Below are positions 10,006 to 19,542 of a stretch of 64,000 nucleotides of DNA, piece after piece (within the stretch, counting starts at the first letter, position 1; the number at the start of each line of letters is the position of its first letter). Source of the stretch: a virus; the IMG/VR virus record IMGVR_UViG_3300045988_133226, positions 14,524 to 78,523 of that record. The stretch is one strand, 5' to 3'. Position numbers and translations under genes: made by a program. Below the pieces are notes generated by a model that was not told where the DNA came from, searched no databases, and was given only the letters and a program-made list of their open reading frames with translations.

Positions 10006-11370
10006 ATGAATCTAAACGAAATGGAAATCCCTTGCGATCCAATTTTGGATAAAGCAAAGAGAGATGAACTGGTACAGAACACAGAACTTTTGAAACAGGT
10101 TACAATCAAGCCGATCCCGTGGCTTCCTGGACGAGATTATATTACTACAGAACAGGTAGCACGATTCTTTGACGGGGATGTTGATGAAGTCAAGAGGTTG
10201 TGCACGAAGTATCGTAAAGAGTTTTTAGCAGATGGAATGGAAGTTAAGACAGTGCAGGAGATCATTGATGGTCAGAACGCAACAGCGGAAAAACAGAAGG
10301 GAAGAATCATGGTAACGTATCCGAACGGATTGAATATCTCATTCGGTTACAAGGGTGCTAAGGTGTTTACTCTTAAATGCTTGATCAGATTGTCTTTGCT
10401 GATGGAAACTTCAAATCTTGCTGAGAGCGTAAGATATTATGTTTTCATTAATGATTATATCACGATAGAAGAACAGAGAGAGCAAGAACAGGTAGAGGCA
10501 GGTGTGCAGCTTGTTGACACAACGGAAATTTTAGGAAGACGAATTGATCTGTATAGAAGTATTGAAGATCCGTTATTCCTTGCGAGAGATGTAGCGGAAT
10601 GGATTGATTACAACCAAACTGATGGAAAATACAATGTCAGTAAAATGTTAAAAACCATTGATTCTGATGAAAAATATAAGACCAAAATTTTAGGTGTGAA
10701 TAATGTTCCTACCAAAAATTTAAGTCAAGAAACTATACCTACTGATTCAAATGGAAAGAGTCGTGATCCGTTTTGGTTTCTCACAGAAGATGGGCTTTAT
10801 GAAGTGTGTATGCAGTCACGCAAACCGATTGCCAAGCAGATGAAGAAGCAGATCAAAGAATACCTTAGAAACATCCGTAAGACAGGCGGTGCAGTTGACT
10901 TTGGGAAAGAGTCACAGTTCATTGAACACTACTTCCCATCATTTTCTGAGGATGTCAAGCTTGCTATGGTAACTGATTTACGAACACAAAACAAAGAACT
11001 CAAAGAAGAGAATCAGAAATTGCAGAATGATAATAAGCTATTAGCAGCGGAAATTTTAACGTGGGATGATCGAAACAAGATGAACGCTGGGATTAGAAAG
11101 TTGGCTGCGGTTACAGGAACACAATTCTCTGTTATGTGGAACGAGCTTTATAAGAACTTGCAATACAAATATCAGATTGATGTTAAGAAACGTGGGAAGA
11201 AACCATTTCTACAGTGGATTCAGGAGCATGAATGGGATAAGGTATTAAAAGTCTTTTGTGCAATGTGTGAAGCAAGAAATCTATCTCCAACCGATATGTT
11301 CCAGCAGACAGCACCAGTGGAAAACTTATATGATAATGAAGAAAGTGAGGATGATGAAGTATGGAATTAG
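10006..11370 (+). CDS. Bro-N domain-containing antirepressor-like protein
   Basis: ATG 10006 after AAGGTGGaattaatt; internal segment DPFWFLTEDGLYEVCMQSRKPIAKQMKKQIKEYLRNIRKTGG matches the C-terminal part of the Bro-N fold. Confidence 0.5.
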   Translation: MNLNEMEIPCDPILDKAKRDELVQNTELLKQVTIKPIPWLPGRDYITTEQVARFFDGDVDEVKRLCTKYRKEFLADGMEVKTVQEIIDGQNATAEKQKGRIMVTYPNGLNISFGYKGAKVFTLKCLIRLSLLMETSNLAESVRYYVFINDYITIEEQREQEQVEAGVQLVDTTEILGRRIDLYRSIEDPLFLARDVAEWIDYNQTDGKYNVSKMLKTIDSDEKYKTKILGVNNVPTKNLSQETIPTDSNGKSRDPFWFLTEDGLYEVCMQSRKPIAKQMKKQIKEYLRNIRKTGGAVDFGKESQFIEHYFPSFSEDVKLAMVTDLRTQNKELKEENQKLQNDNKLLAAEILTWDDRNKMNAGIRKLAAVTGTQFSVMWNELYKNLQYKYQIDVKKRGKKPFLQWIQEHEWDKVLKVFCAMCEARNLSPTDMFQQTAPVENLYDNEESEDDEVWN

Positions 11371-11600
11371 AACAGATTATTCGGTATTCAGATGTATTTG
11401 TAGGAGTAATGATTACATTCAAAGTCATAGTTATGATTGCAAATGAATTTTTGATATTAATTAATGGAAAATATCCTACAATAGCTTATAAGAAGTATAC
11501 AAACTTATTAGAGGATATAATAAATGTTATTGATAAACCAACTACTATTATTTTATGGACTTGGTTTATTATGAAAATAGGAACGGCATTTATTTTATAA
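11361..11600 (+). CDS. hypothetical small membrane protein
   Basis: ORF overlapping the end of the upstream gene; two hydrophobic segments; weak start context. Confidence 0.3.
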   Translation: MELEQIIRYSDVFVGVMITFKVIVMIANEFLILINGKYPTIAYKKYTNLLEDIINVIDKPTTIILWTWFIMKIGTAFIL

Positions 11601-11621
11601 TTCCATATAATAATTTTGGCA

Positions 11622-11652
11622 AAGAACCGAACGGAAGGTTCTTTTTATTTTA
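11622..11652 (+). terminator. rho-independent terminator (AAAGAACCGAACGGAAGGTTCTTTTTATTTT)
   Basis: GC-containing stem AGAACC/GGTTCT followed by a T-run, directly after the stop at 11600. Confidence 0.55.
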
Positions 11653-11922
11653 CGGAAATATTTGACAGGAACCGATTTGGCAGGTCGGTTCTTTGTCAAA
11701 TTTATTATACACAAACTAATGATTCACTAAGCATATAATTGTTAATGGAAAGGGTGTTGATTACATAGAGAGCTAATAGGAATAGAATAGGTTTCTATTA
11801 GGATTGGCACACTAATAGTTGGAATTAAATGTTGATTTTATTTCTATTGGTTTACGGAATACAGTTATACAAAAATAATGAGTGTAGAGAAAAATAAGAC
11901 AGTTTAGAAAGGAAGACGAAGA

Positions 11923-13017
11923 ATGAACCTACAGTTAGTAAAAACTGAAAATTTTAACGATTTATCGTGTGATTTTTATAGTTCTGAGGATGATATTTGG
12001 ATGACGAGAAATCAAATTGGAGAAGCACTGGAATATGCAGATCCAAGAAAAGCAATCCAAAATATTCACGACAAGAACAAGAATCGGTTTGTTGGAAAAT
12101 CAAGTGTCCTCAAAACGAGGACGGTTGATGGAAGGAATAGGGAAACAGTTGTATATAATGAGCTTGGAGTATTTGAGATATGTAGATTAAGTCGTCAACC
12201 AAAAGCAGACGCCTTTATGGATTGGGCATGGAATATTATTAAATCTTATCGTCATGGAAAATTAAGAACAGGAACTCCTGTAACAACAGTAGAGCAGTTT
12301 CTTACAGAACAGACAGAACTTATGAAGCAGATGGAAAGAAACAATGAGCGTCTGTACAAGGTTACTATTAAAGGATTTAATCAGTTGGCAGACATTGTTA
12401 AAGAAATGAAAGACGAACGGAAAGAATTGTATAAGCAGATTGGCAAACCTACGAAAGGTATTCCAGTAGTGGATACGGAAAATGCTATTGCAGAATACAA
12501 ACTTAATGAATGGAAATCCAACGTGTATTCTATCATTAATGATATTCTAAAAGAATCTGATGAATTAGGAACTACTACGAGAGATATTCTTAAAGAAACA
12601 TATAGGTATCTCACTAACACATATGGAATTGTGTGGGAACAGGATCGGAAAGAATATAAAGAGAAGTATAATATTAGCGAAAGAGGTAATGTACCAACGA
12701 TTGATCTTTGTTATGACAAGTACCCTGATCTGCTAGTCAATTCATTGGAAAAACTTCTGCGACAGTTCCGCAAAGAAAATGCACAGCCTGATTGGGAAGA
12801 AATGAAGATCAAGATTACCAATTATGCTAATCATATTGGAAATAAATCTAAAGGTGGAACTTCTGTTTATCGGAAAATCTACGCTAAGATGACAGAAAAT
12901 GGTGTTAACTGGGATGAGTATGCTCATGGATTGTCTAAATCTCAGCTTATTAAAACAAATGCAACTTTATATAATAGATTTTACGAAGCAGCGGTGGAAA
13001 TTATTTCAGAAGAATAG
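11923..13017 (+). CDS. Bro-N domain antirepressor-like protein
   Basis: N-terminus MTRNQIGEALEYADPRKAIQNI...VYNELGVFEICRLSRQPKADAFMDWAW is a typical Bro-N domain; RBS AAAGGAAGacgaagaATG. Confidence 0.6.
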   Translation: MNLQLVKTENFNDLSCDFYSSEDDIWMTRNQIGEALEYADPRKAIQNIHDKNKNRFVGKSSVLKTRTVDGRNRETVVYNELGVFEICRLSRQPKADAFMDWAWNIIKSYRHGKLRTGTPVTTVEQFLTEQTELMKQMERNNERLYKVTIKGFNQLADIVKEMKDERKELYKQIGKPTKGIPVVDTENAIAEYKLNEWKSNVYSIINDILKESDELGTTTRDILKETYRYLTNTYGIVWEQDRKEYKEKYNISERGNVPTIDLCYDKYPDLLVNSLEKLLRQFRKENAQPDWEEMKIKITNYANHIGNKSKGGTSVYRKIYAKMTENGVNWDEYAHGLSKSQLIKTNATLYNRFYEAAVEIISEE

Positions 13018-13034
13018 AAAGGTGTGATATAATT

Positions 13035-13298
13035 ATGAAAATTGACAATGTAGCAGAACTTAGAGAAAGTGATAAATTTTGTTCGTGTGTTGAATGTGGA
13101 AAGCATTTTGGGGACGATAGATGTATGAAAAGAATTTTATTTGAACATGAGTTAGGGTTTAATGTTGTAACGCATACAGTTTATTTGTGCTCAAAATGTT
13201 ATGAAGATTTGTTCCAACTTATGTGCGACACAGATATTGATGAATCAATGGCTAAAACTGATGCAGTAATGAAACAAATATTTGATCAGAAGGAGTGA
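13035..13298 (+). CDS. zinc-ribbon protein
   Basis: CSCVECG...CSKC four-Cys motif; RBS-like GGTGtgatataattATG. Confidence 0.4.
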   Translation: MKIDNVAELRESDKFCSCVECGKHFGDDRCMKRILFEHELGFNVVTHTVYLCSKCYEDLFQLMCDTDIDESMAKTDAVMKQIFDQKE

Positions 13299-13304
13299 GA
13301 GTAA

Positions 13305-13889
13305 ATGGAAGATAGATATATGTATGAAGATATGAGCAAAATTTTAAAAGATAGACAGATTGGAGATTTTAAATTGTCTCATTTTACAATAAGCAACCAG
13401 GATGGATACGCCATGTGTCATGGAATTGCACCAGGAGATTATGTAAGTTTAGAACATTGTGGCAGCGTCTTAATGTCTAATACACCAATGGAAAAAAGAA
13501 CCAATGAAGATTTTGTAACAAATGCCCATGGGAAAGTTCTTATTGGTGGACTTGGAATTGGTTTGATTCTACTTGCGATTCAAGATGATCCAATGGTAGA
13601 TAAGATAACTGTAGTGGAAAAAAATCAGGAAGTTATTGATTTGGTAGCAAGTCAGTTGCCATTGAGTGATAAGGTGGAAATCATCTGTGCCGATGTGTAT
13701 GATTATATTCCAGAAGAATTATATAATACGATTTATATGGATATTTGGAGCTTTATTAACGAAGGTGTTTGTTACGATGAAATGTATCCACTCATGGATA
13801 GATACGAACAGTATTTAGATGTTAATGATGAAGATAGATATATTGATTGCTGGTGTAGATATGAGGCAGAGCATGGTATTAGAATTTAG
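13305..13889 (+). CDS. Rossmann-fold protein, possible class I SAM-dependent methyltransferase
   Basis: VLIGGLGIGLILLAI (GxGxG) then acidic beta2 end VVEKNQ and CADVYD; RBS AAGGAGtgagagtaaATG. Confidence 0.35.
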   Translation: MEDRYMYEDMSKILKDRQIGDFKLSHFTISNQDGYAMCHGIAPGDYVSLEHCGSVLMSNTPMEKRTNEDFVTNAHGKVLIGGLGIGLILLAIQDDPMVDKITVVEKNQEVIDLVASQLPLSDKVEIICADVYDYIPEELYNTIYMDIWSFINEGVCYDEMYPLMDRYEQYLDVNDEDRYIDCWCRYEAEHGIRI

Positions 13890-13897
13890 AAATTGAG

Positions 13898-14140
13898 GTG
13901 ATGGAAATGGAAATGATTAAGATTTTTAAAAATATGAGTGATAGCGACTTAAAATCTATTTGGGAAAAATATGTTAGGGCTAAAGAAGTTGGAAAAACCT
14001 GTGAAAGCTTTAGAGAATATGCGAGAAAGTGGAAAAATGAACTTTATTCAGAAGACACTTTGCAATTCTCAGGGCTTGTAATCGCAGTGGAACAACAATT
14101 TTTTGAAGAAATAGCGAAAAGATATTTTGAAAAGGAATGA
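13898..14140 (+). CDS. hypothetical protein
   Basis: RBS tGAGGTGatggaaATG. Confidence 0.45.
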   Translation: MMEMEMIKIFKNMSDSDLKSIWEKYVRAKEVGKTCESFREYARKWKNELYSEDTLQFSGLVIAVEQQFFEEIAKRYFEKE

Positions 14141-14517
14141 TGTAAAATGGAAATATTAACATTGAATGGCAATGGAAATCTAAATTTCTCAGTGATTTTA
14201 TTGATAGTTCTCGATCAGAAAAATGCTTTGTAATCATATTTGAAGATGAAAACATTTCTCGCAGTCTGTTTTCAAGATGTGATAATTTTATTTTAGATGA
14301 TTCGCAGAGTATTAAAGAGGAAATGGAAAAATATTTAGGAATTGTTGAAAATTGGAGTGACAAACTGGAATATTTAATAATATATAGTATAGATAAATCC
14401 GAAAAAGATATGATCAATTGTGATGTATATTATTTATTAAATCAGATTAAAGATCAACCGTTCTTTAAAGAGCTAATTTGCATTGTAGCTTGTAAGGAAT
14501 AAAGTAATTAAAAAGGA

Positions 14518-15021
14518 GTGATTAAAATGGAAAAATCTAAAGCATATACACCAGAAAACCCATATATGTGTGTTTACGAAACAAAAGAAGATGGTATTGG
14601 CTATGCGACATTTGATAATGAACAGAGTTTATTAGAATTGTTAAATGAGTGCAGAGAAAACGGAGATAAGATTTTAGATGCCTGCAAGGTTGAGGATCGT
14701 TATGAATTCAAAGATGGAAAATTTGAGTCTAAATATCAAAGAATGTATGGATATGCAATTATCAAGGCGCTTAAAGATAAGAATAAGGAATTAGGTAATA
14801 AACTAAGAAAAGTAATTGATGAAAGGATCGCCATAGAAGAAAAACTAGCAGATACAAACATGCCGTATCAAAAATATATGTATTTATTGCGTGATAAAGA
14901 GGATATTGAAAAAGAAGAGGAAAAGTTAAGTCAAAAGAAACAAATCGTAAGAGATATGTTAGATGTCTGCTATGAAGCGGTATGGGAATGTGACGACCGT
15001 ATAGATAAAATGAAACTTTGA
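14518..15021 (+). CDS. hypothetical protein
   Basis: RBS AAAGGAGtgattaaaATG. Confidence 0.5.
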   Translation: MIKMEKSKAYTPENPYMCVYETKEDGIGYATFDNEQSLLELLNECRENGDKILDACKVEDRYEFKDGKFESKYQRMYGYAIIKALKDKNKELGNKLRKVIDERIAIEEKLADTNMPYQKYMYLLRDKEDIEKEEEKLSQKKQIVRDMLDVCYEAVWECDDRIDKMKL

Positions 15022-15041
15022 TAGAAAGGAAGAGGAAATAA

Positions 15042-15770
15042 ATGGAAGAAAATATTAGAAAAGAAGGAGATTATATAATATCAGAAGATGCTCTTGGAAC
15101 ATCATATAAACACCCATCATTTGGAATGTTATCATTTAGCCGTACTCATGGTGGACACAGTAATTTATTTGGTAGTAGTATTCAGCATAATGATACAATT
15201 CATATGGTGTTGAGAGAAGGAAAGGTCACTAGAGGGTTAAATGATGATTGGTATGTTGGAGAAAATGAGATTCTGGAAGTAGAAATGTCGCAATCACAAT
15301 TTGCGGAATTAATTACTTCTATGAATGTTGGAACAGGTACTCCATGTACTATTAAATATTTACGTGGTAAAGGACGTATTAACGAAGCGGATTTTATCAA
15401 TAAAAGACAGCAGATAACAAATGAATTTAAAGAGTCTATGAACGAGCGTATGAGCGATGCAAAAGAATTTTATGATGAAGTCAAGGAGCTTTTTACTACG
15501 AAGAAATCTATTGGAAAAGGCGATCGAGAAATGATTCTGAGAAGACTTGCCAACGTGACTCAAGGTATGGAATCTAGTTCAAAATTTATCTTTGATCAAT
15601 TCCAAAATCAGATAGACAAAACAATTACAGAAGCTAAAGGAGAAATCGAGGCTTTTGCACAGAATAAAATTAATGCAATAGCTCAACAAGCTCTTGTAGA
15701 ACAGAAAGAAGATATTTTAAAATTAGAGAATCCTGTTGATGTAAATCATATGGAACTTGATGAAGAATAA
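15042..15770 (+). CDS. hypothetical protein
   Basis: RBS GGAAGAGGaaataaATG. Confidence 0.5.
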   Translation: MEENIRKEGDYIISEDALGTSYKHPSFGMLSFSRTHGGHSNLFGSSIQHNDTIHMVLREGKVTRGLNDDWYVGENEILEVEMSQSQFAELITSMNVGTGTPCTIKYLRGKGRINEADFINKRQQITNEFKESMNERMSDAKEFYDEVKELFTTKKSIGKGDREMILRRLANVTQGMESSSKFIFDQFQNQIDKTITEAKGEIEAFAQNKINAIAQQALVEQKEDILKLENPVDVNHMELDEE

Positions 15771-15786
15771 AACGAAAATTTGATAG

Positions 15787-16173
15787 GTGGTGGTACGAAT
15801 GGTGGATTTGAATGATCACAAATGTACGTTTGAATATACAGATGATGAACTGTTGGAGCAGGGAAAGTTAGACATTCAGGTAAGATCACATGGAATAAGA
15901 GACGATAGAACTTTTTTAGAACAATATATAGTCTTGGAAGAAATCGGCAAGCGATGGATTCGAGAACATGAAAATATGAAGAAAGAAAATATCGTGAGTA
16001 ATCAGTTCAAAAGCTGGAGCGATGATAAGTTGTTGAAATTTTATAAGGAACGAAAAGAAATTTATAATGGAAATTTCCCTATCTCGTATATTAATATGTT
16101 AGCGGAAATTTCTGATCGTTGGATTAAACAGAATGAAATTAAAGAGATAGAATTAGAAGAAGGTGCTAAATGA
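15787..16173 (+). CDS. hypothetical protein
   Basis: ORF with upstream GGTGGTGG. Confidence 0.45.
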   Translation: MVVRMVDLNDHKCTFEYTDDELLEQGKLDIQVRSHGIRDDRTFLEQYIVLEEIGKRWIREHENMKKENIVSNQFKSWSDDKLLKFYKERKEIYNGNFPISYINMLAEISDRWIKQNEIKEIELEEGAK

Positions 16174-16415
16174 GAAAACCAATAACAAAATGTCCGCACT
16201 GCGGAAGTGATCGTGGAATGGCTGTTAGGTTTAAAGCTACTGGAACCGATATATATAGTTTTGATGGACATTTTCAAGATGAAGAAATTATTGAATACTG
16301 TACATATAATAAATGTATGACATGCTGTGACTGTGGTAAACGTATAATGAGTTATGATGAATTTATGACACATTATGCAATTGATGAATTAACAGGTAAG
16401 CATTTAAAACAGTGA
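16170..16415 (+). CDS. zinc-ribbon protein
   Basis: CPHCGS...CCDCGK; ATGA overlap with the upstream gene. Confidence 0.45.
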   Translation: MRKPITKCPHCGSDRGMAVRFKATGTDIYSFDGHFQDEEIIEYCTYNKCMTCCDCGKRIMSYDEFMTHYAIDELTGKHLKQ

Positions 16416-16455
16416 AAGGAGAATTTTATCTCCGCATATAGATGGGAGTGGTGCC

Positions 16456-17178
16456 ATGAGTAATACAGGATGGATTAAACTCCATCGGAAAATTACAGAT
16501 CACTGGTTATGGGAAGATAAACCATTTGCCAGAGGGCAAGCAATGATTGACTTATTGATTCTCGCAGGATATAATGATCAATCGAAATACATTGATGGAA
16601 ATTTAGAAACAGTTGAGCGAGGATCGGTAGTTACTTCGATCAGAAGATTGTGTGATCGATGGGGATGGAGTAATTCAAAGGTTGTCAAATTTTTAAAGAC
16701 ACTGGAAAACGACAGTATCATACATGTAAAAAGCGACACTAAAAAGACAGTCATAACCATAGTAAATTACAGTGTTTATCAAGGTTTTGTAGATGAAAAA
16801 ACTACACAGAAACGACACCAAAACGACGCAGAAGCGACACATAAAAAGAAAGTAAAGAATAATAATAAATATAATAATAATAATATAAAGCGGTTCAGAC
16901 CGCCTGATTGCGAGCAAGTCTCCAGATATTGTCAACAAAGAAACAATGGGATTGATCCAGAAGAGTTTGTGGATTATTACACAGCCAAAGATTGGATGAT
17001 GGGCAATAGCAAGATGCAAGACTGGAAGGCAGCAGTACGAAACTGGGAACGAAATCAGGCTAAGAAGAACGCTAAACAAAAGCCAAAGGTAACGAACCTT
17101 GCACACTTGGAATGTGATCGTGATTATGATTTTGGTGCGTTGGAAAGACAGTTGTTTGAGAAGCAGATGACAGGATAA
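16456..17178 (+). CDS. DnaD-domain replication initiation / replisome-organiser protein
   Basis: C-terminus FVDYYTAKDWMMGNSKMQDWKAAVRNWERN matches the conserved DnaD/DnaB_2 C-terminal motif (…KDWKAAVRNW…); N-terminus WIKLHRKITDHWLW resembles a phage replisome-organiser N-domain. Confidence 0.65.
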   Translation: MSNTGWIKLHRKITDHWLWEDKPFARGQAMIDLLILAGYNDQSKYIDGNLETVERGSVVTSIRRLCDRWGWSNSKVVKFLKTLENDSIIHVKSDTKKTVITIVNYSVYQGFVDEKTTQKRHQNDAEATHKKKVKNNNKYNNNNIKRFRPPDCEQVSRYCQQRNNGIDPEEFVDYYTAKDWMMGNSKMQDWKAAVRNWERNQAKKNAKQKPKVTNLAHLECDRDYDFGALERQLFEKQMTG

Positions 17179-17224
17179 ACCTGTATGACGAATGATGATA
17201 ATTGCAAATTGAATAATGGCAATT

Positions 17225-17258
17225 TTGAGAAGCTTATGGGCTTCTTTTTATTTTACCT
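17225..17258 (+). terminator. rho-independent terminator (AGAAGCttatggGCTTCTTTTTATTTT)
   Basis: stem AGAAGC/GCTTCT plus T-run, 45 nt after the stop of the DnaD-like gene. Confidence 0.55.
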
Positions 17259-17356
17259 AAATTTAGAGAATGGGAGTGAGAATTATGGAATTAATCGAAG
17301 TAGAAATTAGACCAGAAGTACGTGAACAGTGCAATAATTAGAGAGGAGAGATTATC

Positions 17357-18307
17357 ATGGCAGCAACACAGTTTGAAGTTATTGAAACAGTAAACAATAA
17401 TAACGCAGAAGAATCTGAAACAAAGATTAAAAGACGCAAGGACGGAAGTCCTAAATGGACTCGATCTAACAAACAAAAAGGCGTATCATCTTTAGTGTAT
17501 CCGATTAAGAACAGAGAAAAATTTGCAGCCTTTAATGCATATTTTAGAGATCAGATTGATAAATCATATACAGAGTACAAACGATATGTAGCTGCTAGAA
17601 ATAATCTTTTGGTTGCAGTTGGAAATAATACAGCGTATCGTATTTCTGATATTGTTAGACTTAAATGGGGTGATTTATTAGACGATAAGACTCGTAAACA
17701 GGAAAAGAAAACAAAGAAATTCAGAACTGTATACTTTAATGATTTGGTAACTGAAGCAGTGGACATTTTCTTTGAAGCCGTTGCAGGAACTAAATATGAT
17801 GTCAAGATTGATGGCGAAGTGCCAATGGATGATTATGTTTTCGGAACATGTAAATCTGGCTCAGGACACATGACTGAAGCAAATGCCTTGGACTTTGTTA
17901 AAAAAGGTGCTAAAGCAGTCGGAATTGAGGATAACATTGGCACACATACATTGAGAAAAAACTTTGTATATTGGACACTTGTTGATCATAAGGACGACCA
18001 GAACGTATTGTATACGCTTATGAGATTACTGAATCATAGCAGTCCTGCAATGACGTTTTTATATGCTACAATTACAGAAGAGGAAACTCATGTATTGTTT
18101 GATGATATTGCTCAGACATATAAGGATATTATCAGCGGAGCATTTAACGGATTAAAGGAAAATGTTATTAATGTGAGTTATGATAGAGTTATGGAGATTA
18201 TCAAGTGTGCTTATGAGACAGGGAAAGATGATTCAGATAAAGACGATGGAGTGCATGAGGATAATATGCAGGCATTAAAAGAGTTGTTGGAAGGAGTTAT
18301 TTTATGA
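17357..18307 (+). CDS. tyrosine site-specific recombinase (integrase / Xer-like)
   Basis: box I RISDIVRLKWGDL, box II HTLRKNFVYWTL, LLNHSSPAMTFLYA with catalytic Tyr (R...HxxR...H...Y); RBS AGAGAGGAGagattatcATG. Confidence 0.65.
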   Translation: MAATQFEVIETVNNNNAEESETKIKRRKDGSPKWTRSNKQKGVSSLVYPIKNREKFAAFNAYFRDQIDKSYTEYKRYVAARNNLLVAVGNNTAYRISDIVRLKWGDLLDDKTRKQEKKTKKFRTVYFNDLVTEAVDIFFEAVAGTKYDVKIDGEVPMDDYVFGTCKSGSGHMTEANALDFVKKGAKAVGIEDNIGTHTLRKNFVYWTLVDHKDDQNVLYTLMRLLNHSSPAMTFLYATITEEETHVLFDDIAQTYKDIISGAFNGLKENVINVSYDRVMEIIKCAYETGKDDSDKDDGVHEDNMQALKELLEGVIL

Positions 18308-19050
18308 TATTTGTAACAGGAGATACGCATGGGGATTGGATGACTCGATTAAACAGTCATTCTTTTCCTGAAGGCGTAGGGCTGACTAAGGATGATTATG
18401 TAATCATTTGTGGAGATTTTGGATTATGGCATGACACAAAAGAAGAACGACATAATCTGGAATGGTTGGACAACAAACCATTTACTACTTTGTTTGTATG
18501 TGGGAACCATGAAAATTATGATCGGCTGTACGAATATCCTGTAGAAGAATGGAATGGAGGAAAGATTCATAAGATTCGTGATTCTATTTTTCATCTCATG
18601 CGAGGGCAGGTATTTGATATCCATGGAAAGAGATTCTTCACATTTGGTGGAGCTAGTTCTCATGACGTTCAGGATGGGATTTTAGAGCCAGACGATCCAA
18701 GAATTAGTGAGTGGTACAGAGATTATGACAAAATGTTTAGGATTAATCATGTGAGCTGGTGGAAAGAGGAGTTGCCTTCAGAAGAAGAAATGACAGAAGG
18801 TATGATGAATCTGAAGCAGAATGGATCGCAAGTGGATTATATAATTACACATAGTCCATACACATCTGCATTACGTCAAATGGATCAAGGATCAGGAGTG
18901 TACAAAACAGATATATTGACGGATTATTTGCAAGAGATTAAAGAATCTGTTGAATATAAAAAGTGGTTCTTTGGACATATGCATGTGAACCAGAACTTTC
19001 CAGGAGATAATGCGATTGCAATTTACGAACAAGTTATTAGGATTTTATAG
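18304..19050 (+). CDS. calcineurin-like metallophosphoesterase
   Basis: N-terminal GDTHGD then GDFGLWHD, GNHE, GHMH motifs; ATGA overlap with the recombinase gene. Confidence 0.7.
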   Translation: MIFVTGDTHGDWMTRLNSHSFPEGVGLTKDDYVIICGDFGLWHDTKEERHNLEWLDNKPFTTLFVCGNHENYDRLYEYPVEEWNGGKIHKIRDSIFHLMRGQVFDIHGKRFFTFGGASSHDVQDGILEPDDPRISEWYRDYDKMFRINHVSWWKEELPSEEEMTEGMMNLKQNGSQVDYIITHSPYTSALRQMDQGSGVYKTDILTDYLQEIKESVEYKKWFFGHMHVNQNFPGDNAIAIYEQVIRIL

Positions 19051-19061
19051 GAGAATTTTGT

Positions 19062-19382
19062 ATGAAGATAAATACGATTAGACAAAATAAGGAAGAAAAG
19101 AAAGCAAACCAGAATCTTATGTGGATTTCAGCAGAGATTCCACCACTAAAACCAGATAATGCATCACGTTATATGAGATATAAAACATATCCTGTTATCG
19201 TGGATTACCAATATAATGATGGATGTGTGGGCGAAGTGCTTGATTTTTGTGACTATGATTTTGAAGAAAAGAAATGGAAACTGGATAAGCCTCATCAAGT
19301 TAGACAGTATTTCCCACTTCCAAGCAAGCACAAAGTAAAGTGTTCGAACAAAAAGAGAACATCTGTTCGAAAAATATCTTGA
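19062..19382 (+). CDS. hypothetical protein
   Basis: RBS atAGGAGaattttgtATG. Confidence 0.45.
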   Translation: MKINTIRQNKEEKKANQNLMWISAEIPPLKPDNASRYMRYKTYPVIVDYQYNDGCVGEVLDFCDYDFEEKKWKLDKPHQVRQYFPLPSKHKVKCSNKKRTSVRKIS

Positions 19383-19463
19383 TTTTGTTCTATGGTAGCA
19401 TTATAATAAGAAATGTAGAGATTCTTTGTTCACAACAAAAATTAACTTTCTTTCTTGCACCTA

Positions 19464-19492
19464 TTGACAGGGTGCAAAAAGTATGGTATATT
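19464..19492 (+). promoter_or_regulatory. sigma-70-like promoter TTGACA-N17-TATATT with extended -10 (TGgTATATT); -35 lies inside the palindrome TTGCACCtattgacaGGGTGCAA
   Basis: -35 at 19464-19469, 17-nt spacer, -10 at 19487-19492; the inverted repeat 19455-19477 overlapping the -35 is operator-like. Confidence 0.45.
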
Positions 19493-19542
19493 TAATTCAT
19501 GAAAACAAAAAATGCAACTGGGGAAAGTTGAGGGACGTAAAA

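Noticed and set aside
11663-11700. Second hairpin/palindrome TTTGACAGGAACCGAtttggcaggTCGGTTCTTTGTCAAA after the terminator at 11622, as a possible TTGACA promoter
   Set aside because: The -35-like hexamer has no properly spaced -10. The structure is more simply a second terminator or operator-like palindrome, noted but not assigned.
16840-16900. Asn-codon run (KVKNNNKYNNNNIKR) within the DnaD-like gene as a possible repeat element
   Set aside because: This is a low-complexity AAT-repeat coding linker typical of AT-rich genomes. It lies in frame within the gene and is not a mobile or regulatory repeat.
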